This document shows, in pieces, positions 54,921 to 64,000 of a stretch of DNA of 64,000 nt (positions within the stretch are counted from its first letter, which is position 1; every line of letters starts with the position of its first letter). The notes beneath the pieces were generated by a model, which was not told the DNA's origin, did not search any database, and was given only the letters and a program-made list of their open reading frames with translations. The position numbers and the translations under genes were made by a program. Where the stretch lies: contig OZ199838.1 of NCBI GenBank assembly GCA_964304625.1, positions 3,080,147 to 3,144,146 of the forward strand, read 5' to 3'. The DNA is from Kudoa neothunni. Taxonomy: Eukaryota; Animalia; Cnidaria.

Positions 54921-56743
54921 GAATGTTTAAAAATGGTAGCCAGAGAAGAAAACGTGATATTAACGTTTAACCCTCGATGCCAGTGAAAAATTTCATCCTC
55001 TAACGCAGTGATTCCCAACTTTTTTTAGCCGTAACCCACGTTAAGATCGTAAATGTTTAATCGAATTTAACGTTAACAATTTTAATGTTTTAGTAATATT
55101 TATATCCGGTATTATATATAACGAAAATATTATAATGATTGGAACCGTCTACGTTTATAAAAATTATTTTTAATTTATTAATTTAAAAATTTTATTTAGC
55201 ATTAATTTTACTTGTGCTTTTCAAACTTGAATATTGTTTTCTATACTAATACTATTGAACCGTCACGCTTGTCTTGTGTCGACTTATCACTCTTTTTATT
55301 TAATTATTTCAGCCAGCTTATTATATTTAAAATGATCGTTTAAATGTATTTCATTTTCAATGATTATTTTTTGTTTTTTTGACCCGATGGTATCATGTAT
55401 GAAGTTACGAACTACTAGTCTTGAAAAATTTCTCGTTCGAATATTCAACGCAAAGAATACAATTTTGTTGATACATAATTTTGTTCTATTCAAAAAAGTT
55501 TGAAAACAGCTGAAGCATGTTTTTTGTAAATCAAATAAATTTAAATGTATATCAAATTCATTCGAATATAACTAGTTATTACCTAATATTAATACTTTTT
55601 AATGTTTCAGGCATTTAAAACAAAATTTATTCAGTTAAAGAATTTTTTTTCTTCTAATTTAAAAAAATTAATATAATTATTAATTTAATACTAGTATCTA
55701 TTTGATGAAGGTACGAGTAATCACATTAATAAATGACATACCAGTTTGGTGTAGTATTGTATGATGGAGATCTATTTAAATATAACACTAATTATATTGT
55801 TTGCATTAATATAAAAACAAATGTTTAAACACAAAATATAGTTATTTATTTTTAATAACTATAATAAGAAAATTAATCATGAATAAAATCAAATATAATA
55901 TCCATACCAGAGTTATATATAGCAGCAGTTAGGAAATTTACATTTTTATTAAAATTTTTAAATTAGACAAACATTATTGCTACATTAAATTATTTGAATT
56001 TATGATTTTTGTACTAATTTTGGAGTTTCTGGCAAAATTTTAATTCATTATTTTTCAACCGCTGTCATGACAATTTAATTTTCTTAATCTAAATACGTTA
56101 CGCAAAATCAAAAATATGTTTGAAAACATGCGGATAAAAATTTATGTGCAATTCCATTTTATTTAAAATTATTCATTGAAAACTTTCTTCAATTAGAAAT
56201 AACATATATTTTATTAATTAAATTTATATGTATATTAATTTTCTTTTTGTTAAATTATCTAATTAAAAAGTTTATTTCGTCGATTATAAATAATATGACC
56301 GGCATAAAAGGATAGTAAAAAAATATAGTTAGGATGTGCAGATTATATTTTCAAGAAATATCAAAAAACACATTATTTTTTAATAAAAATCTTTAATTTC
56401 ATATGAAATGATGATATTATTTTATAAAATTCTTTCTATATGAGAAATCCGGGCGAATAATGCTTTCAATGTCTAGATTTGGGTTATCAAATCAGCGAGT
56501 GAACTGAAGTGTTTGAAAATACCTTCAAGTTTTAATAGCTAAATTAAATAAAAAGTGTTCTACATGAACCCCACTTAACTCGAATGATAACTATCATTTA
56601 AGCACATTAATTATTTTGGGTTTTATTGAATTTTGGTAAGCCGAAAACTCCAAATATAACTTTTGTTAGAAAAATCCAAGAAAATAAAATATAACAATAA
56701 ACTATAGGATAACAAGTGACAAAAGGAGGCAGTAGATTTATAA

Positions 56744-58299
56744 TCATAGCTTTTTTAGGATAATGGCCGAAGAACCACCTCCACCATTACAAATAGCAGC
56801 AACTCCATACTGATCCTTTTTCAGACGATGTACAAGATGAACAACGATTCTAGCACCGGACATACTAAAAATATCAAAACCGTTACTATTCAACACAAAA
56901 ATTAAAACTTTACCCAATAGGATGTCCCATAGAAACCGCACCACCATCAATATTTACTTTGGTGGGGTCGAGTCCCAGTTCCTAGTGAGGAAAAAAAGAT
57001 AAAGCGTACCTATAGCAACTAATATAATGTGATACTTTTATATTGGCTAAAACAACAGCACTAAAAGCCTCATTCACTTCCCAGTAGGAGATATCTTTGA
57101 TGGTGAGATTGGCTTTTTTCAGGGCATTTCTGATGGCGATAGAAGGTGCGATTCCAAAATAGAGTGGATCGGTAGCGCCATCTGAGTAGGAGATAACTTG
57201 AGCGAGTGGTTTGATGCCTTTAGAGAGGGCGGTTTCAAGCGACATTAAAACAACAGCAGCAGCTCCATCATTGAGTTTGCTTGCATTGGCAGCGGTTATT
57301 GTACCGTTGGTTTCGAACACGGGTTTTAATTTGAGAATTTTTTCACGCATAAATCTTTGAGGTTCATCATCGCAGTTTACCACCACGCTGGATCCATTCT
57401 TGTCTTCAATAACACAAGGAACAATTTCCACATTGAACACATTAGACTAATATTAATCGGCACTGCGGTAAACACCAAATTCTCAATTAAACAACAACAA
57501 CAATTACATTCATAGCATGATTGGCGCGTTCATAAGAATCAATAGCAAAGTTGTCTTGGTCAGCTCGAGAAATGTTATATTTTTGAGCCAACTTTTCGGT
57601 ACACGAGCCCTACATGTTTCCACCAATTTAGATTTACTATATATTTCAAACACCATACCATATGAATTCCATTTACAGCACATGTGATACCATCATTTAG
57701 AATGGAATCAGCCATCATTTGGCCGCCATATTTTGGCACAGCTCTAGGCACAAGAAACGGCGCGTTGCTCATACTTTCCATACCACCAGCGATTACAATT
57801 TTCTATCCACAATACATTCACAACTACTGAAACTTAAACACATGACAACTTACATGGTCTCTCAACGCGATGCTTTGACTTCCAAGTATTATTGCTTTGA
57901 GCCCTGAAGAACATAATTTATTTATTGTTGTGGCATCTGAGGTAAATGGAATTCCGGCTTGGAGAGCAGCTTGGCGAGCGGTTCCTTGTTTGCAGTTGGC
58001 CTGCAAACAATGACCCATGTATACTTCACAGATTTCTTCGGGATCTAAGTCGATAGTTGAGTAGGCTTGTTTGATCGCCAAACCGCCTAGCTCTACAGCT
58101 GTTTTCGACTTCAATGAACCATTAAATGAACCAATAGGTGTTCGTACACCACTCACAATCACCACCGCTTCCTACACACAAGTACACATTATTTAATTGA
58201 AATTCGTCGACTATAATAATTATTTTTCAATTGTTGGTTAATAAGATAAATATTATTCTTTAATTTTTAGTTAATTGGATAATCAATAAATAATACCAT
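56744..58299 (-). CDS. ACAT1: Acetyl-CoA acetyltransferase (ACAT1/Erg10-type thiolase)
   Basis: [18 protein letters not shown] (catalytic Cys), [25 protein letters not shown] and CNGGGGSSA. The first coding exon appears to be ATG only. Confidence 0.92.
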
Positions 58300-58379
58300 A
58301 AAACAGTACACGCATGCGCATAAAATAAACAATATTAAACTATCAACAAATATTGATTATTAGAATATTGTGATTAGAA

Positions 58380-60698
58380 TTAGTCAGAATTATCCGAAGT
58401 GACGGATTGTTGACTCATCTCATCATCGTCGCCATCGTCAGTTGAACTAAGAAATATTGAATAAATGGCGCCAAAAATTCATTAAATAAACCCCTCCGAA
58501 TCAGAATTGGAAGAAGAGGACGAGGAGTAGGAACCTTCTTCCTCAGGATCTGCACGAGCTTTATCATTAGGATTAAAGTCTATAAATTAATATAAGAAAA
58601 TTAATGCGACAGGGATGAAGTGCAACCTTCATCGTTTGATTCGGAATCATCATCAGAGACGGTATGTTTAGCAACGTCATCGCTACTGGCATCCACTCCA
58701 GAATCTTTATTCTTCTAAATGAAAATAAAATCGATTAAATAATATAATTAATTTAATTATTTATTTATTTATTTATTCAATCCAAAGCTTATTCTATTGG
58801 ATAATTGATTGTATAAAAGGAGTATCACAGTGACTGTGGTATTTCGAATAACAATGTGTTTGGCACTCATATGGTCGTAGAAGGGGTTGTATTCTTCCCT
58901 AGCAAATTATAATAATTGAAAATTGACATCGATAACTGAGTATTTCGAGGGGAAAACTCACTTTTCTATGCTACTAAAGACAATATTCTGACCACTTTTA
59001 AGCATAAACTCAACATCAAATGTGCGAGACCCATCAGTCCCACGTTTGAAAAAAATGCCAGAAATCTCTTCGTTGCGAATGTAAATAGTCGGCTTGTGCA
59101 CGTAAAGAAAGCCGTTGTCTAATGGAAACAGAAGTCCAGTGGAAGCTTTGTGTGAACAGACGAATGAGCTGGTTTTTTTGAAACTACAACAATAAGCATT
59201 CGAAAATTTGCAGTTGTTGAGAGAGGATAAATTACGATTTGTAGTGTTTAGTGAGGATTAACTTTTTGGTTGAAATCTCACTGATAATACGAGGCAGAAC
59301 CTTATACATTTTCCCATTGACTGTATTGTTTTCAATATTACAACGACCATCCAATGAGGCCATAATCTGATTGGCCAATTGTTTGTCATTTCTTAACAAA
59401 TTAATAAATAAACTTAAGAGTAAACTATTTGAGAATACTCTTGCTTAAAATTCAAATCAAAAGTATGCTCCTTCGAATTATCGATATGAATAACTATGTA
59501 GGGATGTCTGGTTTGACCGTGACGTAATGGAGGATCGATATTGAGCTATTTAGCCGATTAATTATAATAAGAGATTTCCACTTTTCAACTTGATTTTAAT
59601 TACCACAAAATAACGGAATTTGCTATCCGCATTCGGTATCAAAAACAAACGAACAATAGATCGATATGGAACCTTAAAATCGTACGATTTCCCGTATAAT
59701 TGAAAATGCGAGTCAAACAATTTCATGTTGTACTTTCCTCTACACATTGAAACAACTCAAAAATGGTTGACCACAACAAACAATTGTATTAAACGCCCCT
59801 ACCTAGGAACCAAACAATTAACCTCATCAATTTCCACTAACAAATCATTGCTGGTTGTTGCTATATCACTTCTTTCTGTTAAAATCTCTGTCATTTCCTA
59901 ATCAAATAATCATGCAATCAAATGTTGGCTGGAATAGGTTGGACACCAGTCCAAATTTACGCGAGTTAAAATTTCAGTATTTCGATCGGGATTGCTATTT
60001 GGATCAATGTGGAACCGAATTTCAGTGAGTGAAACTGGATTTTTTTCGGTCCCATGAAAAACAAGTCCTATCTCATTCTTTCCTAATTAACAACTTTCAA
60101 ATTAACTAATTCCATCCATACCATTACTAACCTGTGATAACGTTGGACACACACTCCAATGGTATGTCAAAAAGTTGGTTGTTATCATGCATCATTTCAA
60201 TCACTGCACCTAATATTATTGATAGTTATTCAAGGGGAAAGCGTTTGTAGAGGAAACTACCGTTATTTGGTATACGCATAACTCCATCGCTACGACCACC
60301 AAGATCCTTCTCAAGTCGCTGAACTGTCACCCCACGCTTCTCACCAATAAACTCACTAATTCTATCAATATCCTACAGTGATTGGTGCATTAGAATGGAC
60401 ACATTTTCCACATGTGTACCGCTCTGGAAAATCCACTAAATAGGATTATCGTGCCATCTTTTTTGGTCATTCTCAACCCAAAACCTTTAGCCATGTACAT
60501 ACTGCAAACATCTTTCAAATCAGACACACACACATTAACTTTCTTGAAGGCATTATTCGAATCGAATAATAAACTCTCTTTGTGAGCACGGAGAACACCT
60601 TCATACTATAGTTAAATGAAATAAATTCAAAAGTTTAATTGGTTCGGTTGTTTTACGAAATCTCCATGATCCATAAATGAAATGTCAGGATACTCCAT
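58380..60698 (-). CDS. SSRP1: FACT complex subunit SSRP1/Pob3, without HMG box
   Basis: LTEIRFH, LVPRGKY, LYGKSYDFKVPY, DPPLRHGQTRHPY, CSHKASTGLLFPL, HKPTIYIR, RTFDVE and FSSIEKEEY. An acidic tail is followed by a stop. Confidence 0.93.
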
Positions 60699-61438
60699 AT
60701 CAACTCGTACAGTAGTCGGTTTGCGCTAATGTTATGTCACGTGGTGTGAATTTTAACAGTACTTTATTTCTACAAAATTATTCATTATATTGCAAATTTT
60801 TTTAATAGAAGATTTATGTTTAAATTATATGATTGTACATAATTTTCGATTTTCAATTTTCAGTAGTTTGATTATAATTATTTTTTTGTCTCACGAGAAA
60901 CAAGCGGTAGGATAGAAATAATTAAACAGAGCTGGATCTAAAATAGTGTTCCCAGGGTGGGACGTGAAAAATTTTGATGGACTTGGAAATATTGGAATGT
61001 TTAAAGAACTGATCTGTTGGGACGCGGAAAATCCTCAGTATTGATGGTATTGGCGGTATTGGCGTGGCAAGGATAATAGCGAGATAACTGGACAGTATGA
61101 CGTACTTTGAAATCAACATCATGATTTTCGAGTGACGACTAATATCATGAAAAGTACAAAAGACCATGAATAATTACATAAAAATCAAGAATATTATTTA
61201 ACGTGTCCTTCACCCCAATAGAATCAGAATGTTTTGAATCATCTATACCCTTTTTTGATTAAACATAATATAATATTGACTTATTTCGTATCTATATTAT
61301 TTATGTTCGGTTCATCAACTCCATATACAAAAAAGTCTTTCCTAATGAAGATGGGATTACGACGAGTTTCACTTGATGCTGTTTTTGGTGGAATGAAGAA
61401 CTGAGGTTGTTAATTTTTAAGGTTCTTCCATAAATTAA

Positions 61439-61687
61439 CCCTTAAAGGATAACCTTCAGTTCCATGCGCCCATCTTTATATTATTTTGTTTATAAATTTT
61501 GTTGTTATGCATGTAATATTTTGTGTATATTCGTCAGAATTTCATCTACATTTTTAAAAAAGCATTATCTACCGACCGACATAATAAAATAAGTTAATGG
61601 TTTGGCGAAATTACACAAATTATAACAGGTTTTACAACAAAATAATAGGGTGGTGGACGCGCGAATCCAATGGTTAGCCGTTAAGGG
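61439..61687. mobile_element. piggyBac-type MITE (249 bp)
   Basis: TTAA|CCCTTAAAGGATAACC ... GGTTAGCCGTTAAGGG|TTAA: 14/16 TIR match with TTAA TSD on both sides. Confidence 0.8.
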
Positions 61688-63329
61688 TTAAGTTAGATCA
61701 GATCGAACATAGTTTAATTTTAACGAGAAAAGAAATATATATTAATTGTTTTGAAATTTTAGTGTCATAGGGAGTTTATTTAAAATTATCAAAGGTTTAG
61801 GTAAAAAAATCAATACTTTGGAAAGAGGTGGGATAAAGAAATTTTTTTAGAGAGAAAGTGGGCGCGATAGAAAAAGGTTTGGAAACACTGCTCTAAAGAG
61901 TTATATTTGAATATAATTTTGAGTTAAAAATTCTGAAAATAAAAACTACTTTCACACATGCTTACAGACAGTTTAGAATTAAAAATTTTACTCCACCAAT
62001 AACTTCTGCCTATTCTTAACCATCATTATTTATCTCAAATTGAAGGTATTCGAAAATATGCTCTAATAAGTGTTAAGTTTACTTTTTTAGTGCGTAATCT
62101 AATTTTTTGTTAATAAAATAAATAATCAAGCAGAAAATTTACCATAACTTCAATTATTGGAAAATAATATTAATATGTCGACTTTCAAAAGCAATATTAT
62201 TCCTCTCGACTACTCATAAAATTATTGCATCTGTAGTGATTTTTTGCAAATTTTGTTAAAAAGCAATTTTAATTGATTTTATTCGAGAAATTTAAAAAAA
62301 TTCAATTAATTTTTTTGCTGCAATGTGAGGAATACCTTGATAAAATTTGAGGCAAACTTAACTTTCTAATGAACTTGAAGGTATTATAATTATAATACCC
62401 CACGTACACTTTAATCCTCTCCCAAAATATTACGTTTTTCTGGAAAATTTTCTAGCTTTTAGTTATTCACAAAATCATAATAGGTGATACATACTAGTGT
62501 TAAAACCTTGTGAAAAAATAATCTTGAGTTGGCTGCGAACAAAATATTGAACCGCCAACCAACTTTAGGGCGAAAGTAACATAACCCTAGATTTTTTACT
62601 AATCCATTCACCTACAAGATTCATTTTAAATGACTCTCAAATTAGAAATAAATTCTATCGGTGGATTTTTTAGAAATGTGGTAATTATTTTAATAATCCG
62701 ACTTAGTGATCTTGGGGAAAAATTCGTAGATTGTCGTTAAAAATTAACCTTTGCCGCCATAGCGATAGCTGTTCGACTTCCAAAACTTCGAATAACACTT
62801 CTTATTAATCTCTAATGTTTTACGTATAACTGACTTTAATTATACAAAATATGCTATATTTAAGGCTTTAATAAAATTTTACATTTATTGTGCTTTGTTT
62901 TGGTGCACACAGAAATTTGAATTTTAATCTATCGCCGAAATTTCACGAAGCGTATAATAAGCTCATCAAATAAGGTTAGCATAAAGCAAATGAAGAGAGT
63001 GATTGGGTTTTTTCTAAAATTCATTTGATAAAAAAGGATTAACAAACTGTAGCTTTCAGCCAAGTCTGGTGTGATGATATTCAATAATTTATTCATTCAT
63101 CAGAACGTAAAAATATCAAAAAAGCAAGAAAATCTATTGTTTAAATTATTCATGTTTAAAAATAGTGAATAGTAACAATAACAATTTCAGTTAGTTTAGG
63201 ACTCCGAGCTTGCACGAGTTTTTTTACCTTAGAAATTAATAATTTTTTTAATCATTAAAAATCTTTTTTTAACTTCAAAATAAGTTTAGCAATATTTTAT
63301 CCCCATCAAAACTTAAATGACGAAAATTA

Positions 63330-64000
63330 AATATGATCTAAAAGATTTGATGTTGAATGTTGAATACAACAACTTTCGATGAATATTTGATCAATCAATG
63401 TTGGAGTGTGTAAGTTGAATAGATGAAAAATTCTGTATGAACTATGATAATATTTATTTTAGGGAACTATTGAATTTTCAGAGTTTTTGTTATGGTGATA
63501 ATTCCCGCGAAGGATTAAAAGTAAGAAAGAAATAATTTCCTACCAAGTAATTGTTCGTTGGCATTAGTCGGCAAGCGAAAACAAAGGTTCTAGGAGCCAA
63601 ACCAGCATACTTCCATCTTAGCCGTTCCATCCACTAGTTCCATCATTGCGTTTGGAGAGAAGTCTATTGAACTGCCTTAAAGCTAAGGAATATGACAGAT
63701 TCAAAAGAATCAAATACCCTACTCTCAACCCCATTCGACGATAACTGTCACCAACAAGAGCCGCTATATTTGATTGCTGATATTTGTGGCATACAACAAA
63801 AACTTATGATTGACACTGGGTCATCTATCTCTTTGATAGATAACGAAACTTTAAGAGAGCTTAAAGACAAAGGATGCAAATGGGCCCCGTTGACTCAATC
63901 AGTAAAAACAACAAGCGCCACCAATCACAGCATGAAAGCACATGGAATGGTTAAATTATCCTTTTTACTGGACTCCAAATATGAACACTGGCATCAATTT
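63330..64000 (+). mobile_element. Ty3/gypsy-like LTR retrotransposon gag-protease fragment (runs off the window)
   Basis: Retropepsin motif KLMIDTGSSISLID (Asp codon 63812-63814), preceded by decayed gag-like sequence. Confidence 0.75.

Noticed and set aside
60922-61167. 81-aa ORF with a hydrophobic stretch
   Set aside because: No recognisable family or splice structure. It lies among TE debris.

Overview
This is AT-rich eukaryotic nuclear DNA with short GT-AG introns (mostly about 35-70 nt), compact housekeeping genes and decayed transposons. A PRDM13-like gene, TEFM-like genes and NRF1-type promoter motifs point to an animal, probably a fast-evolving, genome-reduced invertebrate. A myxozoan- or orthonectid-like parasite would fit, but that is inference only. 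Genes reconstructed by hand-splicing are: phosducin-like, mitochondrial phosphate carrier (3 frameshifts), SNIP1, PPWD1, a Cys-rich FN3-like type I membrane protein, RIOK1, NPC2, two TEFM/Ydc2-like paralogues, PRDM13-like, POLA1 (11 kb), an ACAT1-type thiolase and SSRP1. Mobile DNA includes Merlin, piggyBac, Tc1/pogo, THAP-bearing, hAT and Helitron-like relics, a tRNA-derived SINE and a Ty3/gypsy-like fragment. The best candidate for an undescribed system is at 27494-30545. It is a head-to-head pair of (HhH)2 + RuvC-fold genes that share intron positions and a 185-bp bidirectional promoter. One copy keeps the full D/E/D/D Holliday-junction resolvase active site, which human TEFM has lost. The other copy is a pseudo-enzyme. 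Exon boundaries were read by eye and need RNA-seq confirmation.
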